From: Octopus vulgaris
Lineage: Eukaryota
NCBI GenBank assembly: GCA_951406725.2
Contig: OX597816.1
Location: forward strand, 90,892,001 to 90,956,000
Length of the DNA: 64,000 bases
Reading direction: 5' to 3'
The position numbers were made by a program, and so were the translations under genes. Every line of letters starts with the position of its first letter. The first letter of the stretch is position 1. Shown in pieces: positions 41,060 through 54,072 of the stretch. The notes beneath the pieces are model-generated. The model saw nothing but the letters and a program-made list of their open reading frames with translations. It was not told the origin of the DNA and made no database searches.

Positions 41060-41605
41060 CAGTACCAGGCAGTGGCTCTCATGGCTTCTGATCTTAACTG
41101 ATTGGAAGTGTCATCATGTACATTGTTTTGTCTTGGTATAAAAGATGGGCTACAGCAAATATTCTGCTCAATACCACAGATTTGCTTGTCAGTTGTTTGA
41201 CCTTAACCAGTTGAGCATGTCCCTTAGTGGCTGACGATATGTGCATCTCTGATCACGAGCAGAAGTAGTGGGGGAGCATCATAGCAATGTGTTGAGAGGG
41301 ATTATTTGGTGTTTGAATAATTCACCTATGGAAACATGGGTGGTTCTTTCAACATCCTTAAACAACCCTTATTCAGGGACCTTTTGAGCGGGATAGGCTA
41401 CTCAACCTGAAGAAAATTCTAACTGGGCCCCACCTGCAAGGTCATGTGCTGTTTATCTTGATATGAGATCACCATGTCGCGCACATATGGTTGTGATGCA
41501 TGTGCCTGGTGTACCCTTATCAGACAGGTAGTCATGATGGGTATATTGGGCTTCGTATATTTTACCTCAGTGTCACTTTGATGGCATGAACTGCTCTCTC
41601 ACTCA
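41057..41605 (+). mobile_element. ~550-bp (TAA)n-associated repeat, full copy
   Basis: Homology to 39412-39959. Confidence 0.9.
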
Positions 41606-41625
41606 ATAACAATAATAATAATAAT

Positions 41626-41841
41626 TGCCCAGATGCAGTACCAGGCAGTGGCTCTCATGGCTGTTGATATTAACTGATTGGAAGTGTTATCATGTACATT
41701 GTTTTGTCTTGGTATAAAAGATGGGCTACAGTAAATATTCTGCTCAATACCACAGATTTGCTTGTCAGTTGTTTGACCATAACCAGTTGGGCATGTCCCT
41801 TAGTGGCTGACGATATGTGCATCTCTGATCATGAGCAGAAG
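41626..41841 (+). mobile_element. (TAA)n-associated repeat, 3'-truncated copy
   Basis: Homology to 41057-41265. Confidence 0.9.
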
Positions 41842-41986
41842 AGACCATCCAAAGCAAGCGATTTACTACTCGGGAATTTAGCTATCGCTTCCCTTATTTC
41901 AGCAGCTTTTATCGGCCTTTTGCAACACTCCACCTCTATCGTTGAAAGCTGCGGCAATCTGTCGAAGTAGTAAGTGAAGTCCATGC
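41842..41986 (-). mobile_element. L1/Tx1-clade LINE ORF2 fragment
   Basis: Minus-strand MDFTYYFDRLPQLSTIEVECCKRPIKAAEIREAIAKFPSSKSLALDGL resembles LPxLS...PI...EI..AI......KSPG.DG upstream of the RT domain. Confidence 0.65.
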
Positions 41987-42211
41987 ATAATAATAATAAT
42001 AATAATAATTATAATTATAATTATAATTATAATTATAATTATAATAAATAATTATAATAATTATAATTATAATAATTATAATAATAATGATAATAATAAT
42101 AGTTTTGTGGTTTATAATAATAATATTTTTTATTATCATTATCATATTATTATCATTGTTGTTGTTATTATTATTATTATCATTATTATTATCATAATCT
42201 TGTCATCATTA

Positions 42212-42272
<61 letters not shown>

Positions 42273-42320
42273 TATTATTATTATTGTAATTTTCTGTTGT
42301 TGTCGTTGTTGATGTTGTTA
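41987..42320. repeat. (TAA)n tract switching to (TTA)n
   Basis: TAA/TAATTA up to ~42100, then TTA from ~42120. Confidence 0.9.
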
Positions 42321-42937
42321 TCTACATCATCCTATGGAGGGGATGGTGCCTCACATTTCAAATGTTGCCACATTTCTGAATATAGAGTCAAGTAACTAGC
42401 AAATCGTCGGTTGTCAAGTTTACAGCTGCATTCAGCCTCCAGCTGTCTTCAATTACGCAGCCACCGAAGTCTCAGGTGTATACGTCAGTCTGTACAAACA
42501 TCAACACAACAAACATCGTGCACAGCCTTCAATAGGCGTCTATCGTGCAAGTGTTTATTTATTGTTTTTAGTGCAGAAATGGACTCTGAATGAAATAGGC
42601 ACTAACCTGTTCTCACATTAGAGAACTCGAGTGTTTGGCACAAACAACCCGTTCTATCATTCCAAATATATAATAGCTGTAATGTTCTCTCCTACCATTT
42701 ACTTGAAAAGGTTCGCTTTCTGCTCTTTACAGCGTTCTCATTACATGAGTGGAAGCATTTTAAGTCCCTGATGTTCTCCAGGTGATTTCAGTATTTACTG
42801 AAAAGCCATGTACTAATGTTTAATAAGTTTGCAAATAGCCACTAATAAGATGGACATGGCGTGTGGCTGTTTTTACTTCTTATATAGGTAGTAAGTTTTT
42901 ATTGTCTGGAACCATTTCAGCTTTCTTAATAAAGAAA

Positions 42938-43004
42938 AAAATCATCATCCTTAGCGGTTTCTGAAATGAAAATCACCATCCTTAGAGGTTTCTGAAATGA
43001 AAAT
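42938..43004. repeat. Tandem duplication, 31-bp unit x2
   Basis: AAAATCATCATCCTTAGCGGTTTCTGAAATG repeated with 2 mismatches. Confidence 0.9.
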
Positions 43005-43134
43005 ATGTAATAGGTTATCTGACAGTACTAGGGTTCTTATATGATAGATTTCTGGAAATCTCGTGCATAATCAAGATCAATTAATTTTATTGTTGTTACA
43101 TTGTGCTGATCTTAACTGCGTCGTGGATTAATAC

Positions 43135-43348
43135 CGATTTCAAATTATGGCACAAGATCAGTAAGTCCGAGGGCCTAGGTTAGTCGATTAAATCGACCCC
43201 AATGTTCAACTAGTACGTATTTTATCGACTCCGAAAAGATGAAAGACAAAGTCGACCTCGGAGGAATTTGAACTCAGAACGTAAAGATGTACGAAATGCC
43301 GTTGAGCATTTTGCCCGGATTGCTAACGATTCTGCCAGCTCGCTACTT
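43135..43348 (-). mobile_element. SINE family A
   Basis: Homology to other copies. Confidence 0.85.
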
Positions 43349-43563
43349 TACGTCGGTGATTAATATTGCTTTACACATCTTGAAAGGAACTATTTAGCCA
43401 TAATTCTGCTGTATTATTGATTATTAACAAAGGTAAAACATCTCATATTTCTTGGGAGCTGGGTTGTCGATAAAAGAAAGTATCAAATGTACCAGTTTTT
43501 GATTTTGACTGCGACTTTATTGCACCGACTAATGTTTACATAACGTCGTTCTGTTCACTGGTT

Positions 43564-43724
43564 TGAAAGATAAACAAATTTTAAACGTAACTGCATTGAA
43601 TAAGCGATCATACAGCTCATAACATCTAGTATATCAGTGAATGTGAAAGATAAACAAGTTTTAAACGTAACTGCATTGAATAAGCGATCATACAGCTCAT
43701 AACATCTAGTATATCAGTGAATGT
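43564..43724. repeat. Tandem duplication, 80-bp unit x2
   Basis: Units start at 43564 and 43644; one mismatch seen. Confidence 0.95.
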
Positions 43725-43900
43725 ATAAGATAATGAAATGGACAACGATCTTATTCTATATTTAAATTTAACTTGAATAACTGTTTAGAGCCAAGGAATC
43801 AAAACTGGAGATGTTAGTACAAGCCGAGAAATAAATACTTTTCAGTGAGAGCAGTCAACTATTAGCAATATGTAACATATTTGTTAATATCAAGCATCTG

Positions 43901-44110
43901 TAAAGCAACGAGTCAGCAGAATCGTTAGCACGCCGAGCGAAACACTTAACGGCATTTCGTCCGTCTTTACGTTCTGAGTTCGAATCCCGTTGAGGTCGAC
44001 TTTCATAACTTCGGGTTCGATGAAGTAAGTATCAGACGTGCACTGGTGTCGATGTAATCGACTTGGCACTGCCCCGAAATTGCTGGTCTTGTGCCAACAT
44101 TTGAAAACTA
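43901..44110 (+). mobile_element. SINE family A
   Basis: Homology to other copies. Confidence 0.8.
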
Positions 44111-45014
44111 TATCGAGCATCTGTGATTCAAAGATGACAATCCTTTGAAGATGGACATGTTACAGGCTTAATAAAACATTTCAAATCCAGATTTTAAGTC
44201 AAGAAGATCATGATTAGTAAATAAAACTTCCCTATCCAGCTATCATTGGAATCGCTTGCATATCAGAACTAATTTTAGCTTTGTATCTCTGTGTAATTCA
44301 TTCCTTGCAATCAAAGCTTGCTTATGAAACGCTGTCAGTATCTTTCATCGGGAGATTGATAAGATGTTTAGTGAAAAAAAGAATGATCACAAAGCAATTG
44401 ACATTTAGTTGCTTTGAGTATTTACAACTTTATATCTTTGCTTTAGTGTTTAAGAAAAATTTATTCCCGAGATAATTTGGATATACAGTAGATATTTAGT
44501 TACACCCTTTCTTGTGTAATGCGAGGCCGGTAAATGTAGCAATAAATCTCGCTCTATCATAAGTCAACTTCCTAGAAGCCTTGAAGAGTTACGTATCTTG
44601 CCAAACAACATGACACATCTCTACAAAGAAATATGGCGTCGAAATAGAAAATTCATTGTAAACGAAACTGTTAGTGCAGTTTAGAATATAAAACCAACTA
44701 CTGTATAAAGACAAAACAAAAGAAACTTTAAACATAAATATTATTTATTCATATTGCAAGGAAATAAAAACTCGTGGAATGAGCTATTAATGCTCTTTTT
44801 TTTGCTAGCAGTTTGTCTCTCAACTAGATCTAGGTTAAAGATATAAAAGAAACGAGACTGCTCCCGCAATTCTGTTTTGGGCAGGGAAAGTAATAACCAA
44901 GGTCACAATTTGGTTATAATGTAGAGTAGAAAAAATACAGAATATCTACCAAAAGACGAAAAATGGATATATACATTTAGTTAACAAATTATTATTGGTT
45001 TCATCTTCAAGGGT

Positions 45015-45058
45015 TATATATGTTTATCATATATATATATATACATATATATATGTTT

Positions 45059-45099
<41 letters not shown>

Positions 45100-45269
45100 T
45101 ATATATATTCACATTTATATATATATATATATATATATGCTATATATATTCTATACATTTATATATATATATATATATATGCTATATATATTCACATTTT
45201 ATATATATATATATATATGCTATATATATTCACATTTATATATATATATATGCTATATATATATATATA

Positions 45270-45316
<47 letters not shown>

Positions 45317-45329
45317 TATATATATTCAC

Positions 45330-45370
<41 letters not shown>
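45015..45370. repeat. Higher-order (TA)n minisatellite with GCTATATATATTCACATT spacer
   Basis: The unit (TA)n-TGCTATATATATTCACATT recurs about 5 times. Confidence 0.85.
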
Positions 45371-45372
<2 letters not shown>

Positions 45373-45468
45373 ACATTATATAAGGCCAACTCTGGAATTC
45401 TTGCAAAAATTGTTAGCCTATTATTTAAATTAAATGGCAGAAACTTTAGCATGCTGCAGAAAATGTTT

Positions 45469-45673
45469 AAAGCGGCGAGCTGGCACAATCGTTAGTATGC
45501 ATAGTGACAATTCATCCAACTTTACGTTCTGAATTCAAATTCCGCCAAGGTCGACTTTGTCTTTCGTCCTTTCGGATTCGATAAAGTAAGTACCAGTTGA
45601 GTCCCGAGGTCAATGTAATCAACTTACCCCTATGCTGAAATTGCTAACATTATGTCAAAATTTGAAACCAATA
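45469..45673 (+). mobile_element. SINE family A
   Basis: Homology to other copies. Confidence 0.85.
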
Positions 45674-46076
45674 TGATATGGGCCTAAAATTTTCTTAACG
45701 GATAATATCTAAGTAAACAATGGATATATTTATACTCTTATGCATTTATGATATCGTAGACATGCAATTTACCAAGCTAGTTACGCAGTTTTGATAATTC
45801 GCTGCAGTAATTTCATTCAATTTAAGCTCATAATACTTTAAAGTCTACAGTAATGCAGTTTCTTTCCAGTCTCCCTTAAATTTGAGTTCAATAAAATATC
45901 AATTAATATTTTGAAGATCATAGAAATGAATTTTGATAAATAATGAATTGATATATATATATATAGTTGTATTTACATGCATAATGCACGCACAAGCACA
46001 TACACGGGGGTCATAGAAATACACTTCCACATCCGTAGTCACTCAGTCTAACACATGCTTACATGCATATACTTTA

Positions 46077-46128
<52 letters not shown>

Positions 46129-46155
46129 ATGTGTGTGTGTGTGTGTATATAATTT

Positions 46156-46268
46156 TAGCAGAAGCAACAGAGTGACTCAAGGTCCGAGAGTTTCATGCGT
46201 TGGCTAATTTCATAAGTGTCAACGCATGAAACTCTCAAACCTTGAGTCTCTCTCTGTTACTTCGGCTA
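46156..46268. repeat. Imperfect inverted repeat, ~50-bp arms
   Basis: TAGCAGAAGCAACAGAG..GAGTTTCATGCGTTGGC versus GTCAACGCATGAAACTC..CTGTTACTTCGGCTA. Confidence 0.85.
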
Positions 46269-46311
46269 TTATTATTATTACTATTATTATTATTATTATT
46301 GTTATTGTTGT

Positions 46312-46648
46312 TATATGTTTGACTTTTGCTTTGTATTTGTACAAGTTGACTCCAAGTCTCACCCAAAGACCTCAAGAGACAACAAGCTAGAAGTTCATGC
46401 TGGTGTTATGCCTAGGGTGGCATATATTTGGTTTTGTACATAGTCTTGTTCTAGAGAATGTTTAAGAAAACATAAGAAAATTATGAGTTTGTTTTAAAAT
46501 TTGAGATTACATAGAGAGTTTTACCTAGGATATGGGTAGTTCCTATGAGTATTATCTTTTGAATTTCTGCCATTTTGGGGTTTCCTGGTATCTGAGCTAG
46601 GTAGCAATCAGCCCTTTTGCTATCATTCCTAGGTACCTATGACAATAG

Positions 46649-46651
<3 letters not shown>
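46312..46651 (-). mobile_element. R4/Dong-clade LINE 3' fragment (second family)
   Basis: Minus-strand PIVIG..LGMI..YLAQIPGNPKMAEIQKIILIGTTHILGKTL*, flanked on both sides by (TAA)n on the minus strand. Confidence 0.75.
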
Positions 46652-46721
<70 letters not shown>

Positions 46722-46735
46722 CTTATGGATTATAT

Positions 46736-46794
<59 letters not shown>

Positions 46795-46987
46795 CCACTT
46801 TAAAACATGAATAGTACGAAAGATCAATAGTATTTAGAACTTCACGTATATTGCCGTATATCTTATACGCGCATCATTTGACATGAATCCAGAGTTAGTG
46901 CACCTAAAAAATAAGACAAAACATGGGAGATTGTTATAAGATATTTAGTGACACTATACTACGCCCGTTCCATTAAATTAATCATAT

Positions 46988-47385
46988 TATTTTCTACTCT
47001 AAGCGCAAGGTCCGAAATTTTGGGAGAGGAGGCCAGTCGATTAGATCGACCCCATACGCGACTGGTACTTAATTTATTGACCCCGAAAGGATGGACAGTA
47101 AAGTCGACCTCGGCGGAATTTGAACTCAGAACGAAGCGGCAGACGAAATACCTATTTTTTCACTACCCACAAGGGGCTAAACACAGAGGAGACAAACAAG
47201 GACAGGCAGATGGATTAAGTCGATAATATCGACCCCAGTGCGTAACTGGTACTTAATTTAGCGATCCCGAAAGGATGAAAGACAAAGTCGACCTCGGTGG
47301 AATTTGAACTCAGAACGTAGCGGCAGATGAAATAGCGCTAAGCATTTCGCCCAGCGTGCTAACGTTTCTGCCAGCTCGCCGCCTT
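46988..47385 (-). mobile_element. Composite (dimeric) SINE family A
   Basis: Full head plus tail type 1, followed by a headless unit with tail type 2. Confidence 0.85.
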
Positions 47386-47780
47386 AATTATATAATGTAA
47401 TTAACATCATTGAAATGTATTGTCAATTAATCAGAGACTTGTAAATCTTTATGCATGACATTACTGGATTGTTAAACTTTTGATAAAAATAACCACTGTA
47501 GAGATAGAGACTGTCTGTGAAAAATTCATTTATGAAGGCTGTTTATATTTAGGATTTGGTGAGAGAAAGTTACATAAATAAAAGAAAAGTTGATAGACAG
47601 GAGATTAAATGTGGTCGATGAGGTGAATGAAAGAGATAAAAAGGCTATGTGCCTAATTACTTTATCGGGGCGATACTAGAGGGTAAGGGGTACATAGATA
47701 CATAAAATTAGGGACCAATATATGTTATCCATTTATTTATGTATCATATGTACCGATACATACTTATGCACAAAAACATA

Positions 47781-47897
<117 letters not shown>

Positions 47898-48741
47898 GAC
47901 GAATTTCGTCTGCTACAATCTACGTGTATTCTATATATCGTAGCCGTATGATTTGACTGGTGCTTCCTTCTGATGAGGTCCATTAGGCAAAACTCACGTG
48001 ATGTGGGAAATATGACACCTATGACAGACGAATTTCTTTTGATATATATATATATATATATGCGCACATAAACAAAGCTGGCAGTATTACAATTATAAGT
48101 TAGTTACAATCGTTTCGATAATTAGTGGAAATGTTACATCAATCAACGTGTTAGGTATTACAAATAAAAAAATATTTTAGTAAAACCTCACTATATTATA
48201 TGAAGACTATCCACTTATCTTATAAGACTTGGCATGAATGCAGTACTAACGTATATAGCTACATACATTCCTCTTTTTTTTGTGTGTGTTTTCTCTGCAT
48301 GTTTATGGACCATTAAATTCATTACTAAAAACATCGTTTGCAATGCTGAGTACTACTTCCCTATCACATAAATTTATATTTATATTCAAGTACATTTTGA
48401 ATTGTGTTTTGAGTATGTGTGTGTGTGCGTGTGTGTAATAAAAGTGACCTAAGAAAAACAACTCAGAGTGGCCAGTGGTATGTATATGAACATCATAGAT
48501 ATAAATACACGTATATGAAATGTCGTAGAACATAAACTGATTATGTGTGTTGATGTATTTGCATGTCTGTTTGAGGCTCGTATTCTGCTGACTAACCTAT
48601 GCCATGATTTGATGCTACGTCTCTTACCACACAGGATGCAAGAGTAGGTTGCGGGACGTCCACCGAGCCCGAAAGTTTGGCTAAGAATCATTTTTACAGC
48701 GCACACACGCACACACGCGCGCACGCACGCACACACACACA

Positions 48742-48787
<46 letters not shown>

Positions 48788-48894
48788 CACACACACCTCA
48801 CACAATGCATCTATATTTTTTGATTCACCCACACACTGTGTGAAAGTAGGCGGACAAGACCTGTGCAGAAGCTCTTCGGATGGATAGTGACTTA

Positions 48895-49459
48895 TTTTTT
48901 TCTACTCTAGGCTGCAGACCCCAAAATTTTTGGGGAGGGAGCCAGTCATTTAGATCGACCCCTGTTCGCAACTGGTACTTAATTTATCGAACTCGAAAGG
49001 ATGAAAAGCAAAGTCGACCTCGGCGGAATTTGAACTCAGAACGAAATAAAAGAATCTTTTCTACTCAAGGCACAAGGCTCGAAATTTTGGGGGAGGGGGC
49101 AAGTCGATTAGATCGATCCCGATACACAACTGGTACTTTATTTATCGACCCCGAAGGAATTTGAACTCAGAACGTAAAGAGAGACGAAATACAGCTAAGT
49201 ATTTCGCCCGTCGTGCTAATGTTTCTTATTTCTTTATTGCCCACAAGGGGTTAAACATAGAGGGAGCAAAGAAGGACAGACAAAGGGATTAAGTCGATTA
49301 CATTGACCCCAGTGCGTAACTGGTACTTAATTTATCGACCCCGAAAGGATGAAAGGCAAAGTCGACCTCGGCGGAATCTGAACTCAGAACGGAAAGGCAG
49401 ACGAAATACTGCTAAGCATTTCACTCGACGAGCTAACGTTTCTGCCAGCTCGCCGCCTT
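48895..49459 (-). mobile_element. Composite (trimeric) SINE family A
   Basis: Same architecture as 46988-47385 plus one extra headless unit. Confidence 0.85.
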
Positions 49460-49764
49460 TGGATACAACCGTGTCATAATGACACCATGTAAGAATTACA
49501 CTTTAATCACATTTCCGCTAATGTAATGAACCAGAAATTTTCGTAGATCGAATAATTGAACATTCATAGTCAGAAATTCTCTCCAAGATTCAGTATATAT
49601 ATATAATGGATCCTCTACATTGTGGGGGTGGGGAGTTTCTAAGCACAAATGGATACTGGACTACAGTGGAGCATCAGTGAAACACTCTATTGTACTATGT
49701 TACAGAGATCAAATTCGAAAATTGTCCATATGGCGAGAGATTTTATAAGTAGGTTCAGAGTTAG

Positions 49765-49933
49765 AGTAGGAGTGGCTGTGTGGTAAGTAGTTTGCTTACC
49801 AACCATATAGTTCCGGGTTCAGTCCCACTGCGTGGCACCTTGGGCAAGTGTCTTCTACTATAGCCTCGGGCCGATAAAAGCCTTGTGAGTGGATTTGGTA
49901 GACGGAAACTGAAAGAAGCCCGTCGTATATACG

Positions 49934-49992
<59 letters not shown>

Positions 49993-50215
49993 ATGTTTGT
50001 CCCTCCCCCCAACATCGCTTGACAACCGATGCTGGTGTGTTTACGTCCCCGTAAATTAGCGGTTCGGCAAAAGAGACCGATAGAATAAGTACTAGGCTTA
50101 CAAAAAATAAGTCCTGGGGTCGATTTGCTGGACTAAAAGCGGTGCTCCAGCATGGCTACAGTCAAATGACTGAAACAAATAAAAGAGTAAAAGAGTGAAA
50201 TAAGTAAAAAGAGTA
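49765..50215 (+). mobile_element. SINE family B, full length, with internal (TA)n(TG)n
   Basis: A-box TGGCTGTGTGG, B-box GGTTCAGTCCC, internal microsatellite ~49926-49992, CR1-like 3' tail, (AGTAAAAG)n end. Confidence 0.9.
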
Positions 50216-50710
50216 AAATTTTAGAGAGCAAATGGCCGAAAGAAAGAAAGAGAGAAACAGTGGAAAGGGAAGGAGAGAAAATGTCGGGAGAGGACAGAAT
50301 TGTAGTTAAAGATAAAATGGACACAGAAGCCGTAACGGACGGATCTCGCTATCCAGCGATATAAACACGAGTGCTTTTATGCAGTACAAGCTCATATGAG
50401 AGGTCCTCTCAGGATAAATAGCGCAATATTCTGTGTTCTAACTCAATATCCACTTTAATTGAAAGATAAATATTGCTTTTTGGTATTAATACTCTTTCTG
50501 TCGTTATTAATTATTTTTTATAAAAAGATATATACTCTCATTCCTAAATTTCCCTTCCTCCAAATTGCATCTCTTTCAAATTTTCGGCACGATATCAGCA
50601 ATTTTCCGGAGCGGGGTGAGTCGGTTTCATATATACATATGTATAATATATTTTTATTATACATATATAATATGTGTGCGTGTGTGTCTACTGATTATAT
50701 ATATATTCTC

Positions 50711-51174
50711 TAGTTTCAGCTTAGAGCTGTGGCCATGTTGATGCACTGCCGTTTTGCTACACTGTTAGAGCCTCCTCTAATATGTGGCACTTGGTGAAGC
50801 ATGGAGTTTGATATAGCTACCATCATTTGTACCTCTTGCCGTGAGGTAGGTTCATCTGGGACTCTCGACAAGAAGAGGTCCAGCTTTGATTCAAAAACCC
50901 CTACATCTACTTTGTGCAAGTTCCTCAGACTCTTTGGGAGGATATTAAAAAGCTGTGGGCCCTTGAAATCCAGGCTGTTGCAGTAACTGGTCCTGAAGCG
51001 TGATGACATTGCTGGGGCCTTTGGCACTATGCAGTGTCGCCTCGTTCTGGCATTGGTGTAGCTTTCAATGCCAAAATTTGGCACAATTCCTTCCAGGATC
51101 TTCCAGATATATATTACTGCATACCTCTCCCGTCTTCTCTCCAGGGAGTAGAGTCTTAACTGTTTCAACCTTTC
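50711..51174 (-). mobile_element. 5'-truncated CR1-group LINE
   Basis: [51 protein letters not shown]. Confidence 0.9.
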
Positions 51175-52187
51175 ATATATATATATATATATATATATTT
51201 GAAGAAGAAGAAGAAAAACGTTTATAATTATGAACAAGTCACAATTATAACTAAGAGGATTATAAAACCCTTACTTGTTAAAAATAGCGGCCAAAACCGC
51301 TATAAAGCCATCATATCACACATATCATTTCTCCTCACGGTAAAAACACTCCTCTCTACTTATACACACACACATATAAATATACATACATACATACATA
51401 CATACATACATACATACATACATACATACATACACACATACACACATATATATATATAAATATATATGTATATATATGGACATACACAACTCTCACTCAC
51501 TCTTTCTGTATATGTGTGTGTTTCGTATATATCTGTTTGTGTGTTTGTATGAGTATCTGTTTGTGTAGATGTGTTCGTGCGTAATTACATTTTATATTGA
51601 AAATAATAGTGCACACGAAATCTATCTTACAAAGCATGCTATAAGTATCAACTCCAAAAGAAAAAGAAAGGCGAAATAAAAGGTTTCACCGTTCTAACAA
51701 TAGCGAAACATTATCTTGCGCCATGTGTTTAGACAGGTACTTAATAGTTAACTTCTAAATTATTTACCTTATATTTTACAGAGCTGCAATTTGGAGGGAA
51801 GGGAATTTACGAATAAATCTACGGCAATAAATTCTCGAGTCCACCTATCGCAAATTTAAAATTTATTACTTGGTCCTTGTTACTTATTATGAAACTGCTT
51901 TGATGATGGTCACATTCAATATAAATCGCTATATATAATTAAGATTTTCTCTTTAAATGAATAGAAGTGTATACAGGCAAACATTAATGTACAAATTCTT
52001 TGCTGTTTGACGACTAGCAACGAAAATATGTTTGCTTTAGCTATTTGAGCATATAAAAAATATGTTTGTATATCGCCGTTACACATTCGCGCATACAAGT
52101 AAACACACACATATGTAGGTATATATGTGTATGCGTATCCATGTATGTATGTATGTATGTATGTATGTATGTATGTATGTATGTATG

Positions 52188-52218
<31 letters not shown>

Positions 52219-52251
52219 GTATGTATGTATACATACATACATGCATATATA

Positions 52252-52625
52252 CGTCGTCGTGGCACTCCGTCGGTTACGACGACGAGGGTCCCAGTTGATC
52301 CGATCAACGGAACAGCCTGCTCGTGAAATTAACGTGTAAGTGGCTGAGCACTCCATAGACACGTGTACCCTTAATGTAGTTCTCGGGGAGATTCAGCGTG
52401 ACACAGTGTGTGACAAGGCTGGCCCTTTGAAACAGGAAGAAAGACTGTGAGAAAGTTGTGATGAAAGAGTACAGCAGGGTTTGCCACCATCCCAGTCGGA
52501 GCCTCGTGGAGCTTTAGGTGTTTTCACTCAATAAACATTCACAACGCCGGGTCTGGTAATCGAAAACGCGATCTCACGAGCGCCAAGTCCGCTGCTCTAA
52601 CACCACTGGGCCATTGCCTTTCCAC
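52252..52625 (-). mobile_element. tRNA-headed SINE (C-type head plus tail X)
   Basis: Head shared with 60661-60971; tail shared with 29235-29400 and 63820-64000. Confidence 0.85.
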
Positions 52626-52647
52626 AACATACATACGTACGTACATA

Positions 52648-53727
52648 CAGTTGCGGCCAAAATGTTCAGAACGGCATTGTTTTCGTCAGAAATGAATGTA
52701 TAAGTTTTTATTAAAATTGTTTTATATTCTATGATTTTCAAAAACAATAAATACGATATTAATTGGTATTGTCTGAGATTTTGGTGTAATTTGAGTGGAT
52801 AATGCAAAAGTTATGAATGATATAGTGATTTACTGCAAAACCCATGGTGGCCAAAATGATCAGAACGGTTGAAAAAATAACAAAATAATCAAAAAGTGAC
52901 TGAGAATGCTGGAATTATTTCATATTTAGTGTGAAGCCCTTTAGCTTCAATCAAAGTTTGACATTTTTGACTGCATGGGGAAATTAAATTTTCAATTTCT
53001 TGCTGGGTGATCTTATTCTATTCTTCCTGAAGGGCATTCTATAATTGCTCGGTTATTTTAGGATTTCTGGTTTTCAAACGTTCTCCTAGAATATTCCACA
53101 CATTTTCAATAGGATTGAGGTCTGGGCTTTGAGCAGGCCAATCCATAACAATAACCTTTTCAGCCTTGAGGAAGTTCATGATCACCTTAGCCTTGTGACA
53201 TGGGGCATTGTCCTGCATGAATATGGGTGGTCGCTTAGTTGAATTTCTTAGCACAGGCAAGACATGATCTTTTATAAGTTGTTTATAAACTCCTGCATTT
53301 ACCTTTCCATGAAATCGCAGCAAAGGGCCCACAACATCTCCAGATATCATCCCCCAAACCATGACACTTCCTCCACCGAATTTAACACTAGTCTTAAGGC
53401 ATTTAGGTGACAATTTTTCACCTGCTTTTCGACGAACGTACCTTTTCCCAAACAAATTCAAAACATTAGAGTTCGACGGTTAAATATACTACATAGAGTA
53501 AAAGCAACCGTTCTGATCATTTTGGCCACCATGGGTTTTGCAGTAAATCACTAAATCATTTATAACTTTTTTATTATCCTCTCAAATTACACCAAAATCT
53601 CAGACAATAACAAATAATATCGTATTTATTGTCTGTGAAAACTATAGAATATAAAACAACTTTGATAAAAACTTATACCTACTTTTCTGACAAAACAATA
53701 CCGTTCTGAACATTTTGGCCGCAACTG
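52648..53727 (-). mobile_element. Tc1-family DNA transposon, IR/DR type, internally deleted
   Basis: ~223-bp TIRs (52648-52871, 53505-53727), each with two GGCCAAAATG(T/A)TCAGAACGG direct repeats; TA at both flanks. Confidence 0.95.
52922..53461 (-). pseudogene. Tc1 DD34E transposase C-terminal remnant
   Basis: KFGGGSVMVWG, FMQDNAPCH, WPAQSPDLNPIENVW with 34 residues between D and E; premature stops; ends GLHTKY; N-terminus and first D missing. Confidence 0.92.
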
Positions 53728-54037
53728 TACATACATATATACATATGTGTGCATGTGTGTGTATGTGGGGCGGGATTTCGAGGGATTTATTATCCGGGCG
53801 GATACCGTATTGGCTCTCAGTTAAGTTCCAGTTAACGGCTAACCACTTCGATCAGTATTTAACATCTGTGATTACTATTTAAAGAGTATGAAGACTTGTT
53901 CATCCACAAAATTTATTTATTTTGTAATTTTATAAAGCATATTATAATGACTTACACGTGATTCTGCTGCCCCGAATACTTACGCTTGGAGATGGGACCT
54001 TGCATTATTATCAGTGCCATACTATTCTCCATAGTTA

Positions 54038-54068
<31 letters not shown>

Positions 54069-54072
54069 CATT

